Shown: piece after piece, positions 1-12,847 of the stretch
Position numbering within the stretch: the stretch's first letter is position 1
Layout of the letters: each line of letters opens with the position of its first letter
Assembly: GCA_030141605.1 (NCBI GenBank)
Contig: JAQGDQ010000638.1
Coordinates: forward strand, 57,600 to 121,599
Source: Tubiluchus corallicola
Taxonomy: Eukaryota; Animalia; Priapulida
Direction of reading: 5' to 3'
DNA length: 64,000 bases
Program-made: the position numbers and the translations under genes
The notes under the pieces: model-generated
The model's input: the letters and a program-made list of their open reading frames with translations, nothing else
Database searches by the model: none
Told to the model about the DNA's origin: nothing

Positions 1-427
1 AAGAAATTATACATTTTGATATGAATAAAGAAGAAAATATTTTGTTTTCTATTTATTCACAAAAAATTATAACATTTCTGTTTATAATTTAACGTAGTGT
101 TCTTAAAAATAATTAGAAACCTTCAAAATCATTGTCACTACCACCCTCATCGTCTGACTCACCAAACAGATTTCTCCATTCCTCTTTTGTGTACTGAACA
201 TTGAAAAAAAGTGGGTGGACGGCGATCCCCCACGATCCCCCTCCAATACACCACTGGTGACACACAACCAAATAAAGAGTCAGATAGCGATGAAAATGTG
301 TGCCTGGAAAATTGGCATTAGTGTCTGTCCTTGTGTTCATTTTGTTTCATGCGCATATAAGTCGACCCCCTGATTTCAGTATTGTATTTTATAGTTCTAA
401 ATTCGGCTTATATGCGAGTATATACGG
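1..427 (-). mobile_element. Tc1/mariner superfamily (Tc2/pogo-type) deleted element end, with transposase C-terminal remnant
   Basis: The minus strand starts TA|CCGTATATACTCGCATATAAGCCGAA, a Tc2/pogo-like terminus next to a TA. ORF 113-340 ends LFGESDDEGGSDNDFEGF*, resembling the acidic FxGF* tail of such transposases. Confidence 0.6.
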
Positions 428-1059
428 TAAGTATGTCCCGAAAACTTTAGTTTGGCTGCTTACAATGAGTTAAGAAATAGATTTAAACTGAAAAGAAGCA
501 AAAAATTTGCCTAACTTATTGGAAAATTATGATTAGCGAACTGCAAAAATTAAAGGAAAAGTCAAGGATTATTATGTTTCTTCAATGTTGCAAAAAGTTA
601 TTAGAAGTGAGACAAGTCCCTCCCGTAATTAGTAGTGATGTGGCGATCTATACATCTAACGAAAGGTCTTGATCTAGTGTTGTACCATTGGGGGTTTATT
701 TTTCGAATCGGGGGGGGGCGAAAAACCTCCAAAAATGGCCATTTTTCGGCCGTTTTTTGCAAAACTTATATCTCTTATTCCTGAAGAACTGGAACGGGCC
801 GGGGGTGGTGCTGGCTATGGATAGATAGCCCGTTCAGTGGTGGGTGTCATAGGCATATTTAGAATTCGCGAGAGGGCCACGCGATTTTTTCGAAATTTTG
901 AATAAACACCATAGGGAAAAAACGTTCTAGCGGCGCCTGGTGGGACTTTCGGACGGAGATATACGGCTCTTTAGAAAGAGGAAGAACAGGGCTACACGAT
1001 GATGTGGGCCATATTTTAGGACACGTCCACCAAGAGGAGTGACGACGAGTTAATTAGAT

Positions 1060-1237
1060 GTTCTAGACGTCATCCATTACACTCTGCCCTTATAAACTTA
1101 TAACTTTAATTCAGTAAAAGCTACTGCTGCTGGCTTTGCGTTAGGTAAGTAAATGAACACTAGGTAGAATGTTCGCGTATTTATGATTATGAGTGTATTT
1201 ATGCGCAAAATTTTTCGCGGGGCCTTTGCTAGTTTTT
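1060..1237 (-). mobile_element. End of an interspersed repeat, possibly Helentron/HINE-like; may extend left to about 430
   Basis: Reverse-complement similarity to 63805-63960 (ACTAGCAAAGGCCCCGC...CTACCTAGTGTTC...). The terminus lies in a T/A run. The class assignment is inference. Confidence 0.5.
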
Positions 1238-1332
1238 TTATTAATTAATTAACTAATTAAACGCCGCATCATAAAATACACTTTTCTAATTTTATGGGAA
1301 ACTTTGGAATAGCTGCAAAATGTCTTACGTAC

Positions 1333-2069
1333 CTTGGATTAGAGTCCTGTCGTACGGCATCTAGACTATATGAACGTTCAACATTGGATGGTGAATCGTG
1401 ATCTTGAAGATTGCTCAATGAGCTTTGATCTTGAACTTTCCCCGCTGAACTTTGACCTCGAACTTTCCCCGCAGAACTTTGACCTGGACTAGATTGAGCA
1501 TGCTCAACTGCAGGCAGCCTGTCAACTGCAACCGACTGTGGCAGTCGATCGCGTGGTAAGTGATGTTCATCCGATGAAATAGCAAAACGGCCTCCGTTGA
1601 CACGACCTTGAGAAAATAATTCCTGACTTTGACCTTTGTAACCGAGCAGCTGCTGACTTGAACGCACGGGCATCGTTTGACTATGACCTTGGTAGTCGGC
1701 AACTGGCGATGTTTGATGAAAATTTTGATAAGCTAGAATTTGTTCTTCCCTGAATAATTGACCTTTGACCTCTTCTTGCTTCAGATTTCTGGACTGATCA
1801 CCGCTTTCAAAATTGTGACTTTGCGTCACAAGTCGACGCTGAAATTCACCGTTTGACAACTTCTCGCCGTGTGAGAGACGATCGTCGGGCGACACTACGT
1901 CCCCGAAAGTTTCCGACTCGTGACTCGGTTGCCGAGGGAAACTTCTTCGTCGGGAAAGGTTTTCCACGTCTCCCACAGACGACGGCAATCCGATCCGCTG
2001 TTCAGAATCCACCTGCTTTTCTTTCTCTTTTTCTCGTTGTTTTTGAGCTACCTGTTGCTCCAATGTTTT
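1333..2069 (-). CDS. CCDC66: CCDC66-like, coding exon 12 (last exon in window; gene continues to the left)
   Basis: Acceptor ttttgcag|AAAACA, donor CCAAG|gtacgt. Starts KTLEQQVAQKQREKEKEKQ, continuing the CCDC66-domain helix in phase 0 from the previous exon. Confidence 0.8.
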
Positions 2070-2345
2070 CTGCAAAAACAAAACAACGTTATTTACTAAT
2101 AATGAATTTGTGTTTTCAGCATTTTTGAAAGAAAAAAATGAACATAAAGATAGTAAACAAACACTTGCAGGCAAGAAATGCAAATTGACTTTATAGGACA
2201 GCCATCATTAATTTACAGTAAAAGCTAAAATTGTGTTTATAGCATAATAGGATTCGATGAAGAAGAAGTTTATTATCATTGTAATGACTGACAAGTGAAG
2301 AATTGCTTCCTAAAACATCAACTATAATATTCCTGCTCTCAACTT

Positions 2346-3313
2346 TCTGAACTTTAACATAGCTGCATTCTAAACTTTAACATAGCCGCGCTCTGAACCT
2401 TAACGTAGCCGTGTTCTGAACTTTAATGTAGTCCTGTTCTGAACTTTAACATAGCTGCATTCTGAACTTTAACATAGCTGCATCGTGAACTTTAACGTAG
2501 CCGCGTTCTGAACGTTAACGTAGCCGTGTTCTGAACTTTAACGTAGCCGTGTTCTGAACTTTAACGTAGCCGTGTTCTGAACTTTAACATAGCCGTGTTC
2601 TGAACTTTAACGTAGCCGCGTTCTGAACTTTAACGTAGCCGCGTTCTGAACCCTAACGTAGCCGCGTTCTGAACTTTAACGTAGCCGCGCTCTGAACCTT
2701 AACGTAGCCGCGTTCTGAACTTTAACGTAGCCGCGTTCTGAACTTTAACGTAGCCGCGTTCTGAACTTTAACGTAGCTGCGCTCTGAACTTTAACGTAGC
2801 CGCATTCTGAACCTTAACGTAGCCGTGTTCTGAACTTTAACGTAGCCGTGTTCTGAACTTTAACATAGCCGTGTTCTGAACTTTAACGTAGCCGTGTTCT
2901 GAACTTTAACGTAGCCGCGTTCTGAACTTTAACGTAGCCGCGTTCTGAACTTTAAAGTAGCCGCATTTTGAACCTTAACGTAGCCGCGTTCTGAACTTTA
3001 ACGTAGCCACGCTCTGAACTTTAACGTAGCTGCGTTCTGAACTTTAAAGTAGCCGCGTTCTGAACTTTAACGTAGCCGCGTTCTGAACTTTAACGTAGCC
3101 GCGCTCTGAACCTTAACGTAGCTGCGTTCTGAACTTTAACGTAGCTGCGTTCTGAACTTTAACGTAGCCGCGCTCTGAACTTTAACGTAGCCGCGTTCTG
3201 AACTTTAACGTAGCTGCGCTCTGAACCTTAACGTAGCTGCGTTCTGAACTTTAACGTAGCTGCGTTCTGAACTTTAACGTAGCCGTGTTCTGAACTTTAA
3301 CGTAGCCACGTTC
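2346..3313. repeat. 23-bp minisatellite, about 42 copies
   Basis: Unit CTGAACTTTAACGTAGCCGCGTT with scattered substitutions. Confidence 0.95.
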
Positions 3314-3790
3314 CAGTTCATTTTTCGTTAATAAAAGGAATTTCTTATCACAAAATATAAAAACTAAAACTTAAGTAATGCAGTTTAAGTGAAGTTGTGT
3401 TATTTCTAAAATGTCTCAATTAAGTGTAAATTTCACATTTATAAAACGTGACATAAAACCATCTGAAGTGAAAGACTTGAAACTGTTTTAGGGAAACTGA
3501 AATAGAAAAGCCACTAGAGTCCTTTAACCAATTTATAAAAACACGCCTTTTCTAACTTATCTTAAAAAAACTGTAACAAATAAGTGAAATTTAGTAGAGT
3601 GACTTTATACCACAAAAATTTGTATCACGAAAATACGATAAATTTGTTTATAAACAACATACTTGCTAAACTGAATTGAAAAAAGCTGAGAGTCAGGAAC
3701 AAAACATCCTTTGACACTACATCACAAATTAGCACCTTGTCACAAATATCAAATGAGCTAACGTGTGATGTAAACACAGGATGATAGTAA

Positions 3791-4548
3791 TAATTTCCTG
3801 CATAACTTAACCTAGTTATTAACTATTACCTTAAAATGAATCCACATTAATCTATTTTCACAACGCACAAGAACATTACATAATTTCCTGCATAACTTAA
3901 CCTAGTTATTAACTATTACCTTAAAATGAATCCACATTAATCTGTTTTCACAACGCACAAGAACATTACATAATTTCCTGCATAACTTAACCTAGTTATT
4001 AACTATTACCTTAAAATGAATCCACATTAATCTGTTTTCACAACGCACAAGAACATTACATAATTTCCTGCATAACTTAACCTAGTTATTAACTATTACC
4101 TTAAAATGAATCCACATTAATCTGTTTTCACAACGCACAAGAACATTACATAATTTCCTGCATAACTTAACCTAGTTATTAACTATTACCTTAAAATGAA
4201 TCCACATTAATCTGTTTTCACAACGCACAAGAACATTACATAATTTCCTGCATAACTTAACCTAGTTATTAACTATTACCTTAAAATGAATCCACATTAA
4301 TCTGTTTTCACAACGCACATGAACATTACATAATTTCCTGCATAACTTAACCTAGTTATTAACTATTACCTTAAAATGAATCCACATTAATCTGTTTTCA
4401 CAACGCACATGAACATTACATAATTTCCTGCATAACTTAACCTAGTTATTAACTATTACCTTAAAATGAATCCACATTAATCTGTTTTCACAACGCACAA
4501 GAACATTACATAATTTCCTGCATAACTTAACCTAGTTATTAACTATTA
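3791..4548. repeat. 90-bp tandem repeat, about 8.4 near-identical copies, with degenerate units to about 4750
   Basis: Unit TAATTTCCTGCATAACTTAACCTAG...GAACATTACA recurs at 3791, 3881, 3971 ... 4511. Confidence 0.95.
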
Positions 4549-5002
4549 GAGGAGCTAAAATGTGATGTAACCCCAGTATAAAATTACAAAACTTATTGCA
4601 TAACTTAACCTAGTTATTAACTATCAGAGGAGCTAAAATGTGATGTAAGCCCAGTATAAAATTACATAACCTACTGCATAACTTAAGCTAGTTATTAACT
4701 ATAATACCCAAGAATGAATCCAGAGCAAACTGTTTTACAACACACAAGTTCCACTGCCATGTAGTTCTCCGGTTCACCTTCACAATGTAAGTAAATTAGC
4801 GCCTCGCAATTCTAGTTACAATATTGATTACGCTCAAGCGCCAGCCGCTAGTGCAAATCAATGGTCCTTTATTTACAATTGTTAACGTTCACTGCAGTAT
4901 GAAATCTCGAGGGGGTGACATTTGAATGCACTTTCAATGTCGTGCGCGTAGTCAATAATCTCACACGTGATGATTAGTTATTGCCTTTTATGGCTCGCTC
5001 AC

Positions 5003-5090
5003 CTGGAATTCGGCTTGCTTTCGTTTTCGCTCTTCCATCTCGATGAATGCTTGCGGATCCATGAAGACGTGCTGCCCCCTGTGGTGAGAA
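5003..5090 (-). CDS. CCDC66: CCDC66-like, coding exon 11 (core of CCDC66 domain)
   Basis: Acceptor ttttgcttccag|T, donor TTCCAG|gtgagc. Encodes (R)SHHRGQHVFMDPQAFIEMEERKRKQAEFQ, similar to the CCDC66 segment SHLRSMTALLDPAQIEERDRRRQKQLEHQ as I recall it. Confidence 0.85.
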
Positions 5091-5290
5091 CTGGAAGCAA
5101 AACGGCAAAAAACGCTGTGAAGTTTGGCAAGTTTGACTTTCGGAGAACTGGGCTTTTGGGTAGTTCGTTGCTGCTGCATGAATTCATTGCATTATGGAAG
5201 TGGTGCTGATGCAGCAGTGTTTATATCTGCTGCATGATCTGCTCTGGTTACTTGAAATCAAATTTCGTTCAACAGAAATTTGTCTGGTGG

Positions 5291-6717
5291 TTGTTTACAG
5301 TAAACATAATGGGATTTGATGAGATTGTTTACAGTAAATATAATGGGATTTGATGAGATTGTTTACAGTAAACATAATGGGATTTGATGAGATTGTTTAC
5401 AGTAAACATAATGGGATTTGATGAGATTGTTTACAGTAAACATAATGGGATTTGATGAGATTGTTTACAGTAAACATAATGGGATTTGATGAGATTGTTT
5501 ACAGTAAACATAATGGGATTTGATGAGATTGTTTACAGTAAACATAATGGGATTTGATGAGATTGTTTACAGTAAACATAATGGGATTTGATGAGATTGT
5601 TTACAGTAAACATAATGGGATTTGATGAGATTGTTTACAGTAAACATAATGGGATTTGATGAGATTGTTTACAGTAAACATAATGGGATTTGATGAGATT
5701 GTTTACAGTAAACATAATGGGATTTGATGAGATTGTTTACAGTAAACATAATGGGATTTGATGAGATTGTTTACAGTAAACATAATGGGATTTGATGAGA
5801 TTGTTTACAGTAAACATAATGGGATTTGATGAGATTGTTTACAGTAAACATAATGGGATTTGATGAGATTGTTTACAGTAAACATAATGGGATTTGATGA
5901 GATTGTTTACAGTAAACATAATGGGATTTGATGAGATTGTTTACAGTAAACATAATGGGATTTGATGAGATTGTTTACAGTAAACATAATGGGATTTGAT
6001 GAGATTGTTTACAGTAAACATAATGGGATTTGATGAGATTGTTTACAGTAAACATAATGGGATTTGATGAGATTGTTTACAGTAAACATAATGGGATTTG
6101 ATGAGATTGTTTACAGTAAACATAATGGGATTTGATGAGATTGTTTACAGTAAACATAATGGGATTTGATGAGATTGTTTACAGTAAACATAATGGGATT
6201 TGATGAGATTGTTTACAGTAAACATAATGGGATTTGATGAGATTGTTTACAGTAAACATAATGGGATTTGATGAGATTGTTTACAGTAAACATAATGGGA
6301 TTTGATGAGATTGTTTACAGTAAACATAATGGGATTTGATGAGATTGTTTACAGTAAACATAATGGGATTTGATGAGATTGTTTACAGTAAACATAATGG
6401 GATTTGATGAGATTGTTTACAGTAAACATAATGGGATTTGATGAGATTGTTTACAGTAAACATAATGGGATTTGATGAGATTGTTTACAGTAAACATAAT
6501 GGGATTTGATGAGATTGTTTACAGTAAACATAATGGGATTTGATGAGATTGTTTACAGTAAACATAATGGGATTTGATGAGATTGTTTACAGTAAACATA
6601 ATGGGATTTGATGAGATTGTTTACAGTAAACATAATGGGATTTGATGAGATTGTTTACAGTAAACATAATGGGATTTCATGAGATTGTTTACAGTAAACA
6701 TAATGGGATTTGATGAG
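5291..6717. repeat. 34-bp minisatellite, about 42 almost identical copies
   Basis: Unit TTGTTTACAGTAAACATAATGGGATTTGATGAGA; I saw only two variant units. Confidence 0.97.
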
Positions 6718-6959
6718 TGAACGATAAAATAATAAGGAAGAAGAAATATAATTTACTACAGAAAACACAAATTCTTTTAGGTATTTATTTTTATATCTTT
6801 AGAAAAATCTAATAAAAGATAATCTAAAATTTTAGACGTGTGTGTTTGAAACATAAGTGGTAATTTTTGACTGATTTTGCTGTTTCTTCTTACATTTTTT
6901 GCACCACCTGGTACATGTACATATACGCATGCACACAAAGATACACAGACCCTCTCACT

Positions 6960-7206
6960 CACACGCACATGCACACACACACACACATGCACACACACAT
7001 GCACGCACACACACACACACACACGACTTAAGTTATCACGAATCATGTTCTAATCAAGACAAATTGCAACTACATACCATCACACGCACATGTACATGCA
7101 CACACGCACATGCACACACACACACACGAACACACACAAACACACACACACACGCACACACACACACACACACGCACACACACACACACACACATGCACA
7201 CGCATG

Positions 7207-7292
<86 letters not shown>
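6960..7292. repeat. (CA)n compound microsatellite
   Basis: Two CA/CACG blocks separated by a short spacer that is itself duplicated. Confidence 0.95.
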
Positions 7293-7294
<2 letters not shown>

Positions 7295-7430
7295 ACCTAC
7301 ATTAACACAAATCATGTTCTAATCAAAACAAATTGCAACTACATACCCTCACATAATAATGACTAAACGTGTTCAACTCACCGTGGCATATCTACCCTCA
7401 CATAATAATGACTAAACGTGTTCAACTCAC

Positions 7431-7881
7431 CGTGGCATATCTCCCATGCTCCACGAACGAGGCATTCCATCCACTGACCTCTCAATCAAATCTTCCATCG
7501 GCTGCAAGACCCGGCCTGATCCCACCCGGGACGCCCAGGGCGACACCTGGGCCGAAACCACACGACCTCCGTTGGGTAAAGTGTTACTCTCATTCACCTC
7601 GACACCACTAGAAGGGGACACATGCCTCTGTTCATTTGGATTCGGAGGTGAATTTGCTTCGTCGCCGATGTAAAACCGACCCCAATTCGACTTCAGTTCA
7701 TTTGCAGAATTGATCCCATTTTGCACAATAGGTGGCGGCACCGGTGCTTCGTGTGGACTGGATAGCGAGCGGATGTAGTTTCTACTAGGAAGCGCTGATC
7801 CACCTTGACTCCACGCTTCAAACATTTCATCCAGTTGACGTTGTTTCTCTTTCTGGTGTTTACTATCTTCTATTTGTTTCT
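7431..7881 (-). CDS. CCDC66: CCDC66-like, coding exon 10
   Basis: Acceptor atttttcag|AG, donor CCACG|gtgagt. Open frame (E)KQIEDSKHQKEKQRQLDEMFEAW...GDMP(R); phases 1 and 2 fit both neighbours. Confidence 0.85.
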
Positions 7882-8269
7882 CTGAAAAATAAACAACACT
7901 TTGTTTACAAGTGCTACGAAATGAAAAATAATAATAATAATAATAATAATAATCTTTTATTTATCTTTTAACACACGCACAGTTATAATACAATTAATTT
8001 GGTAACAAAAATGTGAAGAAAGGGCAGCGAAAGACCAATTGGTCATCTAAGAATGAAAAAGTCGTCGCAGTTTTAATCTAGCGCATGTTCTCAACAGATC
8101 AAATATCTTCAAATTTAAGGATCCTCGTTTGAAATTTTTGAGTTTCCACAATTTCATCCCTATGGCTTTCGTCTAATGGCACGTTCAAACTAGAGAAGTC
8201 TCTCGCAAGTGTGAACGACTTAGCAAGTTCCTGCACGAGTTAACTCTCAGCCGAGGTAACCAGGTAACA

Positions 8270-8777
8270 GTCAGTAAATATGACAGATTTATAGAAACAA
8301 GTGCGTTGGCTCTTCTACTTGGAAGAGGTTGCAAATCATTTAAATACAGGATAGGTATAACTGATTCAGATCTGTGTGTTTGCGGTTTGGGCAGTCAAAC
8401 CCCAGAACATTTAATTTTTCATTGTCCGTTACCATTTGTTAGACAAGATATAAGAGTAAATCTTGAACGCAGCTTAGAAAATAATGACATTAGAAATATT
8501 TACAGAAAGAGAGACACTAATGTAATTAAAATGTATATAGATATTGTAAAAGAACTACCCCAAAATGATCTTATAGTAAATTGATTATAAATATTGGATA
8601 TATATTTAGAATAAGTAAATCGTAATGCAAAATTGTCAGCTTGTTAAGTAAGAAATTTATTTAATGTACATAGTGTAAAGACTTATTTAACATTTTTGTA
8701 CTTTTGTGCCCTGAAAATAGAGGGCTTATTGTATAATGTTCAATAAACATTTTTATTAATAATAATAATAATAATAA
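8270..8777 (+). mobile_element. LINE 3' fragment (I/Jockey/R1-type ORF2 C-terminus) with (TAA)n tail
   Basis: ORF 8306-8584 has the zinc knuckle CVCGLGSQTPEHLIFHCP, followed by an AT-rich UTR, AATAAA and (AAT)n. Confidence 0.75.
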
Positions 8778-9473
8778 CTCTCAGCAACGTTTGCAGACTT
8801 TGTAATAACTTGTAAGAGAACTTGTCAAGCAGTTCACACATGCGAGTTTACTCTGAGAGAGAACTCGCGAGAGAGAACTCTCTAGTCGCCAGACGGATTT
8901 AATTCTGTATCCAGTAAGCTGGGCTGTATTATAATAATGGTTGGTTTTACTCGGAGTAGCTGAATGTGGTGAGACAAAATCAAGGATAGTTGTACAAGCA
9001 ACTGGTAAAGTTTATAGTAAGGTATCTTAGCCAAGTTTGCATGAACATTCAACCTCTCACAACAACAGGAACAACCTGAAAACCACCCTGAACGTCATCC
9101 ATCTATTTTTCGACTAGGTACAGAGCTGCTTAACTATCATCCAAGCACACACAGCGGTAATCCAAACAAATCAGTGGTAAATTAATTATTAAAAGGTATT
9201 TAAGTAAATAAACACGGAAAAAACCTCGAAAATTAGTCAAGTAAGGCATTTTTGCAATTACAGTATAAATGACTAAATGGTTTTTACAGCATTTTACTTG
9301 TAAATTTAATTTTATAAGGGCAAATTTAATAAACAGCGCTTATTGTATTATTAAAGGAAAGATCAACGCTTCTGTGAAGTTGGCCTTATTTAAATGTTTG
9401 CAACAAATGCTTGAAGCATTTAGTAATAAGTGTGATAATACATCATGTAATTAACCAAATCAATTTGATCATT

Positions 9474-10190
9474 TCATCATCATTATCATCATCATCATCA
9501 TCCAATAAATCACTCGTCCAGGGACATGATTCTGCTCACCTCTCTATGCCAGGACTCCCTGCTCGCCGCAATGCCCCCAAGTGGATTTATTTCTAAGGAG
9601 CAATGCTGAAGTGTTTAAATCTTTCTGTGCAAAATCTAAATATATTAACATTTGTCCTCCTGTAGGTTTTTTAGCTGGTTCTATGGCTTGTTGAAGAGCT
9701 ATCTTCACTGGAATATCATCAGGTAGTCTAAGCATACGCCCAATCCATCTTAAATGTCGTCTTTTTATTTTTCTTGTCCAAGGTTCTTCTTTTATTTTTT
9801 CATATAGATCTTTGTTTGAAATTTTCTTTGGCCGTCTAATACCCAAAATGTTTCTGTAATTTCGTCTTTGAAACGCGTCGATTTCAGCTTTATGATTTGC
9901 TTTTAATGTCCAGAGCTCAGAGTTATACAGAAATACAGTTTCAACTAAGGCTGAGAATATTCTAATTTTTGTTTCCAAAGAAATCTTCCTACTCTCAAAA
10001 CCTTTGTGAGTTTTGAACAAGCTGATAATGCCATTATCTTCCGTCTTGATATGTCGTCCTCTGTTGCCAGCAGGCTACCGAGATACTTGCATCTTTGCCA
10101 TGATTCATCACCATGTCGTGTTAGGTTAAACTCTTCAGTTTTATTTTTGTTTACAACAAGATCCATTCTGCTCAGTTTCTCCTCTAGTGA
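9474..10190 (-). mobile_element. RTE-clade LINE 3' fragment, frameshifted reverse transcriptase C-terminus
   Basis: ORFs 9945-10166 (KYLGS..DISRR) and 9544-10020 (SLETKIRIFSALVETVFLYNSELW...LRWIGRMLRL) are RTE-type motifs. (GAT)n tail at about 9474-9501. Confidence 0.88.
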
Positions 10191-10646
10191 GTTTTTTATT
10201 TCAACTATTATTTATTTATTATTTTATTTGATCATCTCACGCATGGTGACTTTCACTTTGAGGAAAAGTAGCACACTGTCAATTTCTATCTAAACCATGA
10301 TAAGTTTTTACAAAAAATTCATAGCTAATTTTCTGATATTTTTGCATAAACATTAGATAAGCAGTACAAGTTTCAAGTAGTTCAAGCAATGCGTACTTTA
10401 AGAAAGCCAAAACGCTCTTACGAAAATATAATTTTATAATAAGTTATAATTTTCAAGTTATACTTATAATGGAGCTGAATCTGAATATCTCAATAGAGCG
10501 GTAGTAACTTTATGGACAGTTTTTACAAATTTCTTTGATATATTTTTCTGAGTTTGAGTGATAATAAAATAAACCCAGCATACTACGTAATTCATCTATC
10601 CATTCCTTTAATATGTGCATGATAAAATAAATGATATAATATTTAC

Positions 10647-10704
10647 CTAATTCACGAAGCCATTGTCGTTTGTCGTGCTTTGGTTTCTCTTCTCGCATCA
10701 TTCC
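10647..10704 (-). CDS. CCDC66: CCDC66-like, coding exon 9
   Basis: Acceptor tttttag|GGA, donor TTAG|gtaaat. Encodes GMMREEKPKHDKRQWLREL(E); phases 0 and 1. Confidence 0.85.
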
Positions 10705-11795
10705 CTAAAAAATTGTTTTAATAGATCACTATTACATACAAACATACGGTACTGGTGCTGCCACCTATGTGACGATAGGCAAACTATACAATAGAAATGA
10801 ATGAAAATCAGTTGTATCTCAAATGTTTTCCAAAGGGAATTTAAACACTTAAACTCATTCTAAAACACTTATTAAAATACAAATAATATTAGTGCTGCCA
10901 CCTGCGAAGTAAATATCAAACTAAATTGAAAAAATTAATGAAGTCTTTCTGGACATAAATTCTCTTGAAGAAAATAAATTTTCCTGGCTTTTCCATGACT
11001 TTTCCCACAGAATTTCTGTTTAAAATCAACACAGCATGGTTCCCACAGAATTTTAAAATAAATTTTCCTGGCTTTTCCATGACTTTTCCCTGGCCAAATA
11101 TTGATATTCCATGACCAAGATAAGCAGGAATTACATTACCAGTATACATATTCAAACTTTTTTGCTTATAGACATTCACACATATACTGATATTTTTGGA
11201 ACAGAAATTGAAATTGGGAACCTGCCATAGCAAAATTTTATTTGAACACGAATCCCTGAAAAATATGCTGGAATCACATCGGTTCCCTGACTAATTATCA
11301 AACTACCTTTCCCCCCCGACTTTTCCCTTAATTTCCAGGATAGTCTGTATTTTCATAGATTTTCCAGAATTTTCTCTGACTGTGAGAACCCTGACAGTCT
11401 TCAATGATTAACATTTTACAGGTTTTAAAACTTTTTTCTTATATCAGCTACAACGCGGTATGCACAAATGAATTGCATTTTCAAATCATAGTACACAATT
11501 TTCTGTAAGTTACAGAACTGGTTCTAAACAATCTGATACAGAACAGGTGCAAATGCATCATGAAAAACTTTAACAATCGTCACTAACTTTGCCTGTTAAG
11601 AATGAAATTTGCATTATTAAGAGTAAACATTGTTTAAAACTAGATCTGTTTCATGACATGCATTCGATCCATGCTGCATGCAATTATATCGTGCCATATC
11701 AGGGCATATCATGATGTGCCACACCGATATCATGCAATTCTGACTGCAATAAGCTTTCATCATAAATTCTTGCATCACTCAATTGCGTTACTCAC

Positions 11796-11936
11796 AGGAA
11801 TGAGACCAAATTCCTGATCGCCGTTGGTTGCAGGCAGCGCCGCCCTGGTGAGAGGTGCTGAATGGCTTGATCGAGGCATGGTCGGGACATCTGTAATCGG
11901 CGGCACCCTGGCCGAGTGATGACGTTCAAGCGGGAT
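11796..11936 (-). CDS. CCDC66: CCDC66-like, coding exon 8
   Basis: Acceptor attatag|ATC, donor CCT|gtgagt. 141 nt, open, GC-richer than its flanks: IPLERHHSARVPP...QEFGLIP. Confidence 0.8.
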
Positions 11937-12079
11937 CTATAATTCATGCAAGTTCTAGTCTTCTACACAACATTTATTTACAAAGTTACACAAGATTAAC
12001 AAACATTACTTTGCTAGCTGTAGCAAAATTGGCCAAAAAACGTAAAAAATGCAAGGCATGTATCTGCTGGCTGTTTAAA

Positions 12080-12520
12080 GCACAAGAACACCCTTCATAA
12101 AGCTATGAAATTAATCTTGAAATTTTCTATATCACTTAAATGCGTCTTATTGCATACGGAGGTTGCATTAGCAGCAACGCTGTATAAAACTTGTAAATTT
12201 AAATTTCCGTGACGATCGCCAGGTGCAACCATTTCGACACATCAACAGTCATTTGAAACAAGGTTAGATAACATTGCGTAAAGTTTGAAAGATTAATCAG
12301 AGCATTCGAAGCAAACTTCACTAACAAAGCATAACTTTAAATAATTGTATTGTGTCAAAAATATGTCTTTTGGTGAGTCAGTGGTGCACACTGGGAAGGT
12401 GAGTCAACGACATTTTACAACTTGGCGCGAACATTGGGAATTTTCTCTTCTAGTAGCGAGCTAAGTAATACAATTTTAAGTGGAAAGTTTTTCGAGACAT
12501 AGTTTTACATATTGCCTTTT
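12080..12520 (-). repeat. Degraded interspersed repeat, family X
   Basis: Reverse-complement similarity to 15245-15790 and 19960-20395; a further fragment lies at about 54200-54380. Confidence 0.55.
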
Positions 12521-12847
12521 CTTCCGCTTTGAGATTGCCTGTATTAAACCTACTCAGCAAAATGTTTATGATAATATTCCAGTAATATTTTCCTTTTAAC
12601 TCCCTGCTGACAGATACATTGGCATTAAACACATTATCAAGCATTGTTAATTTGGAATGTACTTCACAAACTAAATCATATGCAGATCTTTAAAGGAAGA
12701 TCGAACGATTGTTTAGACTCAATCTCATTTTAATTTACTGTCCAAAATATCCATTTTCTTGACTATAAAAGTTAACAATTGTTCCTCATATTTGAATAAT
12801 TAGCTTAGAAAGTTAATTAACGGCAACTGAACACAGCTATTGCTTAC

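Noticed and set aside
1269-2183. 304-aa ORF as a standalone secreted protein
   Set aside because: Its hydrophobic start is intronic pyrimidine tract; the real unit is exon 1333-2069 of the CCDC66-like gene.
5291-6717. CRISPR-like array (34-bp partly palindromic repeats)
   Set aside because: Units are contiguous with no unique spacers, there are no cas genes, and the context is a eukaryotic intron.
6777-7366. HT/CV dipeptide ORFs here and at 52387-53064 and 54382-54745
   Set aside because: These are translations of CA microsatellites.
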